Assembly: GCF_009914755.1 (NCBI RefSeq)
Contig: NC_060930.1
DNA length: 64,000 nt
From: the human T2T-CHM13v2.0 reference genome, Homo sapiens
Direction: 5' to 3' (one strand)
The notes under the pieces were generated by a model. The model was not told the DNA's origin, did not search any database, and worked only from the letters and a program-made list of their open reading frames with translations. A program made the translations under genes and the position numbers. This document shows positions 41,954 through 56,783 of the stretch, piece by piece. The number at the start of each line of letters is the position of its first letter. Positions within the stretch are counted from its first letter, which is position 1.

Positions 41954-42007
41954 ATATTTAGAGCGTTTTGGGCCTATGGTAGAAAAGGCCCCAGACGCTC
42001 TAAATAT
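41954..42007. repeat. Inverted repeat: 21-bp arms (19/21 match) with a 12-nt loop, inside an alpha monomer
   Basis: Arms ATATTTAGAGCGTTTTGGGCC (41954-41974) and GGCCCCAGACGCTCTAAATAT (41987-42007); loop TATGGTAGAAAA. Confidence 0.9.
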
Positions 42008-45000
42008 TTTTCATATAAAAACTACACAGAAGCATTTTGAGACACTGCTTTGTGATGTTTGCATTCAACTCACAGAGTTGAACATTCCTTTTGATAGAGC
42101 AGTTTTGTAACACTCTTTTTGAAGAATCTGCTAGGCGATATCTCAACCTCTTTGAGGATTTCATTGGAAACCAGAATTTCTTCATATAAAAACTAGACAG
42201 AAGTATTCTCAAAAACTTATTTGTGATGTGTGCATTCAACACAGAGAGTTGAACGTTCCTTTTGATAGAGCTGTTATGAAACGTTCTTTTTTGGATTTCC
42301 AAAGTGGATATTTAGAGCGCTTTGAGGCCTATGGTAGAAAAGGAAATATCTTCATAGCAAAACTAGACAGAATCGTTCCCAGAAACTACTTTTGATGTGT
42401 GCGTTCAACTCACAGAGTTTAACCTTTATTTTGATAGAGTGGTTTTGAAACACTCTTTTTGTAGAATTTGCAAGTGTATATTTAGAGCGCTTTGGGACTA
42501 TAGTGGAAAAGGAAATATGTTCATAGAAAAACTAGACAGAATCATTCTCAGAAACTACTTTGTGATGTCTGCGTTCAAATCACAGAGTTTAAATTTTCTT
42601 TTGATAGAGTAGTTTTGAAACTCTCTTTTTGTAGAATCAGCAAGTTTATACTTAGAGCGCTTTGAAGCCTATGATAGAAAAGGAAATATCTTCACATAAA
42701 AACTAGACAGAAGCATTCTCAGAAACTACTTTGTGATGTTTGCATCCAACTCACGGAGTTGAACGTTCCTTTCGATAGAGCAGTTTTGAAACACTCTTTT
42801 GTATAATTTCCAAGTGGATATTTAGAGCACTTGGAGGACTATGGTAGAAAAGGAAATATCTTCATAGAATAACTAGAGAGAATCATTCTGAGAAACTACT
42901 TTGTGATGTGTGCGTTCAACGTACAGAGTTTAACCTTTATTTTGATAGAGTGGTTTTGAAACACTCTTTTTGTCGAATTTGCAAGTGTGTATTTAGAGGG
43001 CTTGGAGGCCTGTGGTAGAAAAGGAAAATCTTCACATAAAAACTAGACAGAAGCATTCTCAGAAACTGTTCTGTGATGTTTGTATTCAACTCCTAGAGTT
43101 CAACATTCCTTTAGATAGAGAAGTTTTGAAACACTCTTTTTGTAGGACCCGCAATTGGATATTTGGACCTGTGTGAGGTCTTCTTTGGAAATAGGACTTC
43201 CTTCACATAAAAATTAGACAGAAGAATTCTCAGAAACTTTTTGTGATGTGTGCATTCAACTCACAGAGTTGAACCTTTCTTTTGATAGAGTAGTTTTGAA
43301 ACACTGTTTTTGTACAATTTCCAAATGGATACATAGAGCGCTTTCAAGCCTATGGTAGAAAAGGAAATATCTTCATATAAAAACTAGACATAATCATTCT
43401 CAGAAACTACTTTGTGATATGTGTGTTGAACTCAAAGAGTTTAACCTTTCTTTTGTTAGAGCAGTTTTGAAACACTCTGTTTGTAATGTCTGCAAGTGGA
43501 TATTTGGAGCGCTTTGAGGACTTCCTTGGAAACGGGAATATCTTCACATAAAAAGTACACAGAAGTATTGTCAGAAACTTCTTTGTGATGTCTGCACTCA
43601 ACTCACATAGTTGAAACTTCCTTTTGATAGAGCAGTTTTGAAACACTCTTTTTGTAGAATTTGCAAGTGGATATTTAGAGAGCTTTGAGGCCTATGGTTG
43701 AAAAGAAAATATCCTCATATAATAATTAGACAGAATCATTCTCAGAAATTTATTTGTGAAGTGTGCATTCAACTCACAGATTTTAACATTTCTTTTGATA
43801 GAGCAGTTTTGAAACACTCTGTTTTCAACGTCTGTAACTAGATATTTGGAGTGTTCTGAGGCCTTCTTAGGAAACGGGAGTATGTCCACATAAAATGTAG
43901 ACAGAAGTATTCTCAGAAACTTCTTGGTGATGTCTGCACTCAACTCACAGAGTTGAACCTTCCTTTCGATAGAGCAGTTTTGAAACCTTCTTTTTGTAGA
44001 AATTACAAGAGGATATTTAGAGCGCTTTGCGGCCAATGGTGGAAAAGGAAATATGTTCATAGAAAAACTACACAGAAGCATTCTCAGAAACTGCTTTGTG
44101 ATGTGTGGGTTCAACTCACAGAGTTTTACCATTCTTTTGATAGAGCAGTTTTGAAACACTCTTTTTGTTAAAATTGCAAGTGTGTATTTAGAGGGCTTTG
44201 AGGCCTATGGTAGAAAAGAGAATATCTTCACATAAATACTAGACAGAGGTATTCTCAGAAACTACTTTGTGATGTTTGCATTCAACTCACAGATTTGAAC
44301 ATTCCTCTTGATATAGCAGTTTTGAGACACTCTTTTTGTAGAATCTGCAAGTGGATATTTTGACCTTTTTCAGGCCCCCGTTGGAAACAGGATTTCTTCA
44401 TATAAAACTAGACAGAAGAATTCTCAGAAACTTCTTTGGGATGTGTGCATTCAACTCACGGAGTTGAACCTCCCTTTTGATGGAGCAGTTTTGAAAAACT
44501 CTTTTTGTAGAATTTCCAAGTGAATATTTAGAGCACTTGGAGGCCTCTGGTTGAAAAGGAAATTTCTTCATAGAAAAACTAGACAGAACCATTCTCAGAA
44601 ACTACTTTTTGATGTGTGCATTCAATTCACAGAGTTTAACCTTACTTCTGATAGAGCAGTTTTGAATCGACCTTTTTGTAGAATTTGCAAGCATATGTTT
44701 AGAGGGCTTTGTGGCATATATTTGAAAAGGAAATATCTTCATATAAAAACTAGACAGAATCATTCTCAGAAACTGCTATGTGATGTGTGCGTGCAACTCA
44801 CAGAGTTTAACTTTTCTTTTGATAGAGCAGTTTTTAAACACTCTTTTTGTAGAATTTGCAATTGCATATTTAGAATGCTTTCAGGCCTATGGTAGAAAAG
44901 GAAATATCTTCACAAAAACCTAGACGGACACATTCTCAGAAACTACTTCGTGTTGTTTGCATTCAACTCACAGAGTTGAGCATACCTCTTGATTGATAGA

Positions 45001-47609
45001 GCAGTTTTGAAACACTCTTTTTGTGGAATCTGCAAGTTGATATTTGGACCTCTTTGAGGCCTTCGTTGGAGATGGGATTTCTTCATATAAACCAGACAGA
45101 ATTCTCAGAAACTTCTTTTTCATGTCCGCATTCCACTCACAGAGTTGAACCTACCCTTCGATAGAGCAGTTTTGAAACACACTTTTTGTAGAATTTCCAA
45201 GTGAATATTTAGAGCGCTTGGAGGTCTGTGTTAGAAAAGGAAATGTCTTCATATAAAAACTAGACAGAGTCATTCTCAGAAACTACTTAGTGATGTGTGT
45301 GTTCAACTCACAGAGTTTAAACTTTCTTTTGATAGAGCAGTTTTGAAAAACTCTGTTTGTAAAGTCTGTAAGTGGATATTTGGAGTTCTTTGAGACCTTC
45401 TTCAGAAACGGTAGTATCTTTACATAAAAAGAATACAGAAGTATTCTCAGAAACTTCATTGTGATGTCTGCACTCATCTCACAGAGTTTAACCTTTCTTT
45501 TGATAGAGCAGTTTTGAAGCACTCTTTTTGTAGAATTTGCAAGTGGATATTTAAATCTCTTATGGGCCTATGGTGGAAAAGGAAGTATGTTAATAAAAAA
45601 ACTAGACAGAAGCGTTCTCAGAAACTACTTTGTGATGTTTGCATTCAACACACAGAGTTCAACATTCCTCTTGGTAGAACAGTTTTGAAACACTCTTTTA
45701 GTAGAATCTGCAAGTGGATATTTGGACCTCTTTGAGGCCTTCTTTGGAACGGGAATTTCTTTACATAAAAGCTAGTCAGAAGAATTCTGAGAAACTTCTT
45801 TGTGTTGTGCATTCAACTCACAGAGCTGAAAATTCTTTTCAATATAGCAGTTTTGAAACACTCTTTTTGTAGAATTTCCAAGGGTATATTTATAGCGCTT
45901 TGATGCGTATGGTAGAAAAGGATATATCTTCATAGAAAAACTAGACAGAACCATTCTCCGAAACTATTTTGTGATGTGTGCATTCAACTCACAGAGATTA
46001 ACCTTTCTTTTGATAGTGCAGTTTTGAAACACTCTTGTTGTAGAATTTGCAAATGTATATTTAGTGCTTTGAGTCTTATGGTAGAAAAGGAAATATCTTC
46101 ACATAAAAACTAGGCAGAAGCATTCTCAGAAACTTCTTTCTGATGTTTGCATTCAACTCACAGGGTTGAACATTCGTTTTAATAGAGAAGTTTGGAAACA
46201 TTGTTTTTGTAGAATCTGCAGGTGGATATATAGAGCGCTTTGAGGCCTATGATAGAAAAGGAAATATCTTCACATAAAAACTAGACAGAAGCATTCTCAG
46301 AAACTACTTTGTGATGTTTGCACTCAACTCATGAAGGTGAACATTTTTATTGATAGAGCAGTTTTTAAACACTCTTTTTGTTGATTCTGCAAGTGGATAT
46401 TTGGACCTCTTTGAGGTCTACTTTGCAAACGGGATTTTCTTCATATAAAACTAGACAGAAGAATTCCCAGAAACTTCACTGCGATGTGCACATTGAACTC
46501 ACACTGTTGAACACACCTCTGGTTAGAGAAGTTTTGAAACACTCTTTTTGTAGAATCTGCAAGTGGATATTTTGACCTCTTTGAGGCCTTCTTTGGGAAA
46601 GGGATTTCTTCATGTAAAACTAGACAGAAGTATTCTCAGAAACTTCTTGGTGATGTCTGCACTCAACTCAGAGAATTGAACCTTCCTTTTGATAGAGCAT
46701 TTTTGAAACACTCTTTGTAGAATTTGCAAGTGTGTATTTAGAGGGCTTGGAGGCCTATGGTAGAAAGGGAAATGTCTTCACATAAAAACTAGACAGAAGC
46801 ATTCTCAGAAACTTCTTTGTGATGTCTGCACTCAACTCACAGAGTTCAACCTTCCTTTTGAAAGAGCAGTTTTGAAACACTCTTTTTGTAGAATTTGCAA
46901 GTGGATATTTAGAGCCCTTTGAGGCCTATGTTAGAAAAGGGAATATCTTCATATAAAAACTGTACAGAATCATTCTCAGAAACTACTTTGTGATGTGTGC
47001 GTTCGACACGCAGAGTGTAACCTTTCTTTTGATAGAGCAGTTTTGAAATACTCTATTTGAAAAGTCTGCAAGCAGACTTTTGGAGCGCTTTGAAGCCTTC
47101 TTTGGAAACGGGAGTATTTTCACATAAAAAGTAGACAGAAGTATTCTCAGAAACTTCTTTGTGATGTCTGCATTCAACTCACAGAGTTGAAACTTCCTTT
47201 TGATAGAGCATTTTTGAAACACTCTTTCTGCAGAATTTGCAAGTGGATATTTAGAGTGCTTTGTGGCCTATGGTGGAAAAGGAAATATGTTCATAGAAAA
47301 ACTACACAGAAGAATTCTCAGAAACTTCTTTGTGATGTGTGCGTTCATCTCACAGAGTTTAACCTTTCTTTTGATAGTGCAATTTTGAAACACTCTTTTT
47401 GTGGAATTTGCAAGTGTATATTTAGAACGTTTTGAGGCCTATGGTAGAAAAGGTAATACCTTCACATAAAAACTAGACAGAAGCATTGTCAGAAACTAGT
47501 TCGTGATGTTTGCATTCAACTCAGAGTGTTGAAAATTCCTCTTGATAGTGCAGTTTTGAAACACTCTTTTTGTAGTATCTGCTAGTGGATATTTGGGCCT
47601 CTTTGAGGC

Positions 47610-47626
47610 CTTCGTTGGAAACGGGA
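47610..47626 (+). other. CENP-B box (canonical)
   Basis: CTTCGTTGGAAACGGGA. Confidence 0.92.
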
Positions 47627-50600
47627 TTTCTTCATATAAAACTAGACAGAAGAATTCTCAGAAACTTATTTGTGATTTGGGCATTCAACTCACAGAGTTG
47701 AACTTTCTTTTCGATAGGGCAGTTTTGAAACACTCTTTTTTTAGAATTTCCAAGTGAATATTTAGAGCACTTGGAGGCCTGTGTTAGAAAAGGAAATATC
47801 TTCATAGAAAAACTAGACAGAATCATTCTCAGAAACTATTTGTGATGTGTGCGTTCAACTCACAGAGTTTAACCTTTCTTTTGATAGAGCAGTTTTGAAA
47901 ACGCTCTTTTTGTAGAATTTGCATGTGTGTTTTTAGAGGGCTTTGAGGCCTATGATAGAAAAGGAAATATCTTCACATAAAAACTAGACAGAAGCATTCT
48001 CAGAAACTACTTTGTGATGTGTGCATTCAACGCAGAGTTCAACATTTCTTTTGATACTGCAGTTTTGATACACTCTTTTTGTAGAATCTGCAAGTGTATA
48101 TTTGGACCTCTTTGTGGCCTATGGTGGAAAAGTAAATACGTTCATAGAAAAACTACACAGACCCAATCTCAGAAACTATTTCGTGATGTGTGCATTCATC
48201 TCACAGAGTTTAACCTTTCTTTTGATAGAGCAGTTTTGAAACACTCTTTTTGTAGAATTTGCAAATGTATATTTAGAACGCTTTGAGGCCTATGGTAGAA
48301 AAGGAAATACCTTTCCACAAAAACTAGACAGAGGCATTCTCAGAAACTACTTTGTGATGTTTGCATTCAACTCACAGAGTTGAACATTCCTCTTGACAGA
48401 GCAGTTTTGAGACACTCTTTTTGTAGTATCTGCAAGTGTATATTTTGATCATTTTCAGGCCTTCATTGAAAACGGGATTTCTTCATATAAATCTAGACAG
48501 AAGGATTCTCAGAAACTTCTTTGTGATGTGTGCATTCAACTCAGAGAGTTGAACATTCCTCTTGATAGAGCAAGTTGGAAGCACTCTGTAGAATTCACAT
48601 GTGGATAATTGGACCTTTTTGTGGCCTTTGTTTGAAACGGGATTTCTTCACATAAAACTAGACAGAAGAATTCTCAGAAACATCTTTGTATTATGGGCAT
48701 TCAACTCACAGAGTTGAACCTTCCTTTCTATGAGCAGTTTTGAAAAACTCTTTTTGTAGAATTTCCAAGTGTATACTTAGAGCGCTTTCAAGCTTATGAT
48801 AGAAAAGGAAATATCTTCATATGAAAACTAGACAGAATCATGCTCAGAAACCACTTTGTGATGTGGGCATTCAACTCACAGAGTTTAACTTTTCTTTTGA
48901 TAGAGTAGTTTTGAAACAATCTGTTTGTAAGTCTGCAAGTGGGTATTTGGAGCCCTTTGAGTCCTTCTTTGGAAACGGGAATATCTTCACATAAAAAGTA
49001 GACAGAAGTTTTCTCAGAAACTTCTTTGTGATGTCTGCACTGAACTCACAGATTTTAACCTTCCTTTTGATAGAGCAGTTTTGAAGCACACTTTTTGTAG
49101 TGTTTGCAATTGGATATTTAGAGTGCTTCGGGGCCCATGGTGGAAAAGTAAATATGTTCATAGAAAAACTACACAGAAGCATTCTCAGAAACTACTTTAT
49201 GATGTGTGCGTTCAACTCACAGAGTTTAAACTTTCTTTTGATAGAGCAGGTTTTGAAACACTCTTTTTGTAGAATTTGCAAGTGTATATTTAGAGCGCTT
49301 TGAGGCCTATGGTAGAAAATGAAATATCTTCACATAAAAACTACACAAAAGCATTGTCAGAAACTACTTTTTGATGTTTGCATTCAACTCACAGAGTTGA
49401 ACATCCTCTTGATAGAGCAGTTTTGAAATACTCTTTTTGTAGTATCTGCAAGTGGATATTTGGACCTCTTTGAGGCCTTCGTTGGAAACAGAAATTTCTT
49501 CATATAAAAACTAGACAGAAGAATTCACAGAAACTTCTTTGTGATGCGTGCATTCTACTCACAGATTTGAACCCCCCTTTGGTAAGAGCAGTTTGAAACA
49601 CTCTTTTTCTAGAATTTCCAAGTGAATATTTACAGCGCTTTGAGGTCAATTGTAGAAAAGGAAATATCTTCACAGAAAAACCAGACAGAATCATTCTCAA
49701 AAACTACTTTGTGATGTGTCCATTCAACCCACAGACTTTAACCTTGCTTTTGATAGAGCAGTTTTGAAACGCTCTTTTTGTAGTATTTGCAAGTGTGTAT
49801 TTAGAGGGCTTTGAGGCCTACGGTAGAAAAGGGAATATCTTCACATAAAAACTAGACAGAAGCATTCTTAGAAACTACTTGGGGATGTTTGCATTCAACT
49901 CACAGAGATCAACATTTGTTTTGATAGATCAGTTTTGAAACACTCTTTTTGTAATATTTCTAAGTGAATATTTAGATTGCTTTGAAGCCTATGTTAGAAA
50001 GGTAAATATCTTCATATAAAAAACAGACAGAATCATTCTCAGAAACTACTTTGTGATGTGTGCTTTCAACTCACAGAGTTTAACCTTTCTTTTGATAGAG
50101 TAGTTTTGAAACACTCTGTTTGCAATGTCTGGAAGTGGATATTTGGAGCGCTTTGAGGCCTTCTTTGGAAACGGGAATGTCTTCACATAAAAAGTAGACA
50201 GAAGTATTCTCAGAAACTTCTTCATGATGGCTGCACACAGTCGAAACTTCCTTCTGATAGACCAGTTTTGAAACCCTCTTTTTCTAGAATTTGCAAGTAG
50301 ATATTTAGAGCGCTTTGAAGCCTATGGTTGAAATGGAAATGTCTTCATATAAAATTAGACAGAATTATTCTCAGAAACTACTTTGTGATGTGTGCGTTTA
50401 ACTCTCATAGTTTAACTTTTCTTTTGATACAGCAGTTTTGAAACACTCTTTTTGTTGAATTTGAGAGTGTATATTTAGAGCGCTTTGAGGCCAATGGTAG
50501 AAAAGGAAATATCTTCCTATTAAAACTAGACAGAATCATTGTCAGAAACTACTTTGTGATGTTTGCATTCAACTCACAGAGTTGAACATTCTTCTTGATA

Positions 50601-53600
50601 GAGCAGTTTTGAAACACTCTTTTTGTGGAATCTGCAAGTGGATATTTGGAACTTTTTGAGGCCTTCGTTGGAAATGGGATTTCTTCGTATAAAACTAGAC
50701 AGAAGAATTCTCAGAAACTTCTTTGTGATGTTTGCATTCAACTCACAGTGTTGAACCTTCCTTTCAATAGAGCAGATTTGAAACACTCTTTTTGTAGTAT
50801 TTCCAAGTGGATATTTAGAGCAGTTTGAAACCTATGGTAGAAAAGGAAATATCTTCATAGAAAAACTTGGCAGAATCATTCTCAGAAACTACTTTGTGAT
50901 GTGTGAGTTCAACTCTCAAAGTTTAACCTTCCTTTGATAGAGCAGTTTTGAAACGCTCTTTTTGTGGAATTTGCAAGTGTATATTTAGAGCGCTTTGAGG
51001 CCTATGATAGATAAGGGAATATCTTCACATAAAAACTAGACAGAAACCTTCTCTGAAACTACTTGGTGATGTTTGCATTCAACTTACAGAGTTGACCTTT
51101 CCTCTTGATAGAGCAGTTTTCAGACACTCTTTTTGTAATATCTGAAAGGGGATATTTTCAACTTTTTTGAGGCCTTCGTTGGAAATGAGATTTCTTCATG
51201 TAAAACTAGACCAAAGAATTCTGAGAAACTTATTGTGATGTTTGCATTCAGCTCACAGAGTTGAACCTTCCTTTCGATAGAGCAGTTTTGAAACAGTCTT
51301 TTTGTAGAATTTCCAAGTGGATATTTAGAGCGCTTTGAAGCCTATGTTAGAAAAGGAAATATCTTCATAGAAAAACTAGACAGAATCATTCTCAGTAACT
51401 ACTTTGTGATGTGTGTGTTCAACTCACAGAGTTTAACTTTTCTTTTGATAGAGCAGTTTTGAAACAGCCTTTTTGTAGAATTTCCAAGCGGATCTTTAGA
51501 GGGCTTTGAGGCCTATGCTAGAAAAGGAAATATCTTCATAGAAAAACTAGACAGAATCATTCTCAGTAACTACTTCGTGATGTGTGCGTTCAACTCACAG
51601 AGTTTAACCTTTCTTTTGATAGAGTAGTTTTGAAACAGCCTTTCTGTAGAATTTGCAGGTGTATATTTAGAGTGTTTTGAGGCCTATGGTAGAAAAGGAA
51701 ATTTCACAAAAAACTAGAGGGAAGCATTCTCAGACACTAATTTCTGATGTTTGCATTCAACACACAGAGTTGAACATTCCTCCTGATAGAACAGTTTTCA
51801 AACACTCGTTTTGTAACATCTGCAAGTGGATATTTGGAACTATTTTAGGCCTTCATTGGAAACGGGAATTTCTTCACATAAAAACTAGACAGAAGAATTC
51901 TCAGAAAGTTTTTGATGTGTGCATTCAACTCACAGAGTTGAAACTTCCTTTTCATAGAACAGCTTTGAAACCCTCTTTTTGTAGAATTTCCAAGTGGATA
52001 TAAAGAGCACTTTGAAACGTATGGTAGAAAAGTTAATATCCTCATCTAAAAACTAGACAGAATCTTTCTCAGAAACTACTTTGTGATGTGTGCGTTCAAC
52101 TTGCGGAGTTTAATCTTTCTTTTGCTATAGCAGTTTTGAAACACTCTGTTTGTAAAGGCTGCAAGTGGATATTTGGAGCACTTTGAGTCATTCTTGGAAA
52201 CAGGAGTATATTCACATAAAAAGTAGACAGAAGTATTCTCAGAAACTTCTTTGTGATGTCTGCATTCAACTCACAGATTTGAACCATCCTTTTGATAGAG
52301 CAGTTTTGAAACACCCTTTTTGTAGAATTTGCAAGTGGATATTTAGAGTGTTTTGTGGCGTATGTTACAAAAGGAAATATCTTCATAGAAAAACTAGACA
52401 GAATCATTCTCAGAAACTACTATGCAATGTGTGCGTTCAACTCACAGAGTTTAACCTTCCTTTTGATAGAGCAGTTTTGAAACACTCTTTTTGTAAAGGT
52501 TGCAAGTGGATATTTGGACCTCTTAGAGGCCTTCGTTGGAAACGAGATTTCTTCATATAAAACTAGACAGAAGAATTCTCAGAAACTTCTTTTTGATGTG
52601 TGCCTTCAACTCACAGAGTTAAACTTTCCTTTCGATAGAGCAATTTCAATACACTCTTCTTGTAGAATTTCCAAGTGAAAATGTAGAGCGTAATGAGGCC
52701 TATGGTAGAAAAAAAAATATCTTCATAAAAACTAGACAGAATCATTCTCAGAAACTACCTTGTGATGTGTGCGTTCAATCAAAAGACCTTTCTCTTGATA
52801 GAGCAGTTTTGAAACACTGTTTTCGCCGAATTGGCAAGTGTGTATTTACAGGGCTTTTAGGCCTCTGGTAGAAAAGGAAATATCTTCACATAAAAACTAG
52901 ACAGAAGCACTCTCAGAAACTACCTTGAAATGTTTGCATTCAACTCACAGAATTCAACGTTCCGTTTGATAGAGCAGTTTTGAAACACTCTTTTTGTAGA
53001 ATCTGCAATTGGATATTTAGAGCGCTTTGAAGCGTATGTTAGAAAAGGAAATATCTTCATATGAAAACTAGACAGAATCATTCTCAGAAACTACATTGTT
53101 ATGTGTGCGTTCAACACACACCATTTAAACTTTCTTTTGTTAGGGCAGTTTTGAAACACTCTGATTGTAAATTCTGCAAGTAGATATTTGTAGCGCTTTG
53201 AGGCCTTCTTTGAAAACGGGAATATCTTCACATAAAAAGTAGACAGAAGTATTCTCAGAAACTTCTTTGTGATGTGTGCATTCAACTCAGAGATTTGAAA
53301 GTGCCTTTCAATAGAGCAGCTTTGAAACACTCTTTTTGTAGAATTTCCAAGTGGATATTTAGAGCCCTTTGAGGCCTATGGTAGAAAAGGAAATATTTTC
53401 ATATAAAAACTAGACAGTATCATTTTCAGAAACTAGTTTGTGATGTGTGCCTTCAACTCACAGAGTTTAAGCTTTCTTTTGATATAACACTTTTGAAACA
53501 CTCTTTTTGTAGAATTTGCAAGTGTATATTTATAGCGCTTTGAGGCCTATGGTAGAAAAGGAAATATCTTCACACAAAAACTAGACAGAAGCATTCTCAG

Positions 53601-54732
53601 AAACAACTTTGTGATGTTTGCATTCAACTCACAGAGGTGAACATTCCTTTTGATAGAGGAGTTTTGAAACACTCTTTTTGTAGAATCTGCAAGAGGATAC
53701 TTAGACCTCTTTGACGCCTTCGTTGGAAACAGGAATTTCTTCACGTAAAAGCTACACAGAAGAATTCTCAGAAACTTTTTGTGATGTGTGCATTCGACTC
53801 ACAGAGTTGAACCTAACTTTTGATAGAGCAGTTTTGAAACACTCTTTTTGAAGAATTTCTAAGTGGATATTTAGAGCGCTTTGAAGGTATAAAAGGAAAT
53901 ATCTTCATATAAAAACTAGACAGAATCATTCTCAGAAATTGCTTTGTGATGTGTTCGTTCAAATCACAGAGTTTAACCTTTCTTTTGATAGAGCAGTTTT
54001 GAAACGCTCTGTTTCTAACGTCTGCAAGTGGATATTTGGATATCTTTTAGACGTTCTTTTGAAACGGCAGTATGTTCACATAAAAAGTAGACAGAAGTAT
54101 TCTCAGAAATTTCCTTGTGTTGTCTGCACTCAACTCAGAAATTTCAACCTTCCTTTTGATAGAGCAGTTTGGAAACACTCTTTTTGTAGAATTTGCAATT
54201 GGATATTTAGAGCGCTTTGAGGCCTATTTTAGAAAAGGAAATATCTTCATAGAAAAACTAGACAGAATCATTCTCAGAAACTACTTTGTGATGTGTGTGT
54301 TCAACTCACATAGTTTAATCTTTCTTTTGATAGAGCAGTTTTGAAACACTCTTTAAAGTCTGCAAATGGGTATCTGGAGCGATTTGAGGCCTTCTTTTGA
54401 AATGGGAGTATCCTCACAGAAAAAGTAGGAAGAAGTATTCTCAGAAACTTCTTTGTGATGTCTGAGCTGAACTCACAGATTTGAACCTTCCTTTTGATAG
54501 GGCAGTTTTGAAACACTCTATTTGTAGAATTTGCAAGTGGATATTTAGAGCGCTTTGGGACCTATGGTAGAAAAGGAAATATCTTCATAGAAAAACTACA
54601 CAGAAGCATTCTCAGAAACTACTTTGTGATGTTTGCATTCAACTCACAGAGTTGAACATTTCTTTTGATACAGTAGATTTGTAACACTCTTTTTGCAGAA
54701 TCTGCAAGTGGATATTAGGATCTCTTTGAGGG

Positions 54733-54749
54733 CTTCGTTGGAAACGGGA
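54733..54749 (+). other. CENP-B box (canonical)
   Basis: CTTCGTTGGAAACGGGA. Confidence 0.92.
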
Positions 54750-56766
54750 ATTTCTTCATATAAAAACTAGACAGAATAATTCTCAGAAACTTCTTTGTGA
54801 TGTGTGAATTCAACTCACAGAGTTGATTCTTCCTTTCGATAGAGCAGTTTTGAAACTCTCTTTTTGTTGAATTTGCAAGTGGATATTTAGAGTGCTTTGT
54901 GGCCTATGGTAGAAAAGGAAATATCTTCATATAAAAACTAGACAAAATCATTCTACGAAACTACTTTGTGATGTGTGCGTTCAACTCACAGTATTTAACC
55001 TTCCTTTTGATAGAGCAGTTTTGAAACACTCTTTTTGAAGAATTCGCAAGTGGATATTAAGAGCACTTTGAGGCCTACGGTAAAAAAGGAAATATCTTCA
55101 CATAAAAACTAGACAGAAGCATTCTCAGAAATTAATTGGTGAAGTTTCATTCAACTCACAGAGTTGTACATTCCTCTTGATAGGGCAGTTTTGAAACAGT
55201 CTTTTTGTAGAATCTGCAAGTGGATATTTGGACCTCTTTGAGGCCTTCTTTGGAGACAATTTTTTCATTTATAAGTAGACAGAAGAATTCTCAGAAACTT
55301 CTTTGTGATGTGTGCATTCAACTCACAGAGTTGAACCTTCCTTTCAATAGAGCAGTTTTGAAACACTCTTTTTGTAGAATTTCCAAGTGGCTATTTAGAG
55401 GGCTTTGAGGCCTAAGGTAGAAAAGGTAATATCTTCATATAAAACAAGACAGAATCATTCTCAGAAACTACTTTGTGATGTGTGCGTTCAACTCACAAAG
55501 TTTAACTTTTCTTTCGATAGAACAGTTTTGAAGCACTCTTTATGTAGGATTTGAAAGTTTATACTTAGAGCGCTTTGAGGCCTTTGGTAGAAAAAGAAAT
55601 ATCTTCACATAAAAACTAGACAGAAGCATTCTCAGAAACTACTATGGGATGTTTGCATTCAACTCACAGAGTTGAACATTCCTCTTGATAGAGCAGTTTT
55701 GAAAAACTCTTTTTGTAGAATCTGCAAGTGGATATTTGGACCTCTTTGAGGCCTTCGGTGGAAAAGGGATTTCTTCATATAAAACTACACAGAAGAATTC
55801 TCAGAAACTTCTTTCCGCTGTGTGCATTCAACTCACGAGTTGAGTCTTCCTTCCGATAGAGCAGTTTCGAAACATTCTTTTTGTAGAATTTCCTAGTGGA
55901 AATTTAGAGTGCTTTGAGGCCTATGGTAGAAAAGGAAATATCTCATATAAAAACTAGACAGAATCATTATCAGAAACTACTTTGTGATGTGTGCTTTCAA
56001 CTCACAGAGTTTATCCTTTCTTTTGATAGAGCAGTTTTGAAACCCTCTTTTTGTAGAATTTGCAAGTGTATATTTAGATCGCTTTGAGGCCTATGCAAGA
56101 AAAGGAAATATCTTCACATAAAAACTAGACAGAAGCATTCTCAGAAACTACTTTGTGATGTTTGCATCAACTCACAGAGTTGAACATTCCTCTTAATAGA
56201 GCAGTTTTGAAACACTCTTTTTGTAGAATCTGCAAGTGCTTATTTACATCTCTTTGAGGGCTTCTCTGGAAAAGTGATTTCTTCATATAAAACTAGACAG
56301 AAGAATTCTCAGAAACTTCTTTGTGATGTGTGCATTCAAGTCACAGAGTTGAACCTTCCTTTCGATAGAGCAGTTTTGAAACACTCTTTTTGTAGAATTT
56401 CCAAGTAAATATTTTGAGGGCTATGAGGCCTATTGTAGAAAAGGAAATATCTTCCTATAAAAACAAGACAGACTCATTCTCAGAAATTAATTTGTGATGT
56501 GTGTGTTCAACTCACAAAATTTAAACTTTCTTTTGATAGAGCAGGTTTGAAACACTCTTTTTGTAGAATTTGTAAGTGTGTATTTACATAACTTTGAGGC
56601 CTATTGTAGAAAAGGAAATAACTTCCAATGAAAACAGGACGGAAGCTTTCTAAGAAACTTTGTGATGTTTGCATTCAATTCACAGAGTTGAACACTCCAC
56701 TTGATAGAGCTGTTTTGAAACACTCTTTGTAGAATCTGCAAGTGGATATTTGGACCTCTTTGAGGT

Positions 56767-56783
56767 CTTCGTTGGAAACGGGA
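56767..56783 (+). other. CENP-B box (canonical)
   Basis: CTTCGTTGGAAACGGGA. Confidence 0.92.
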
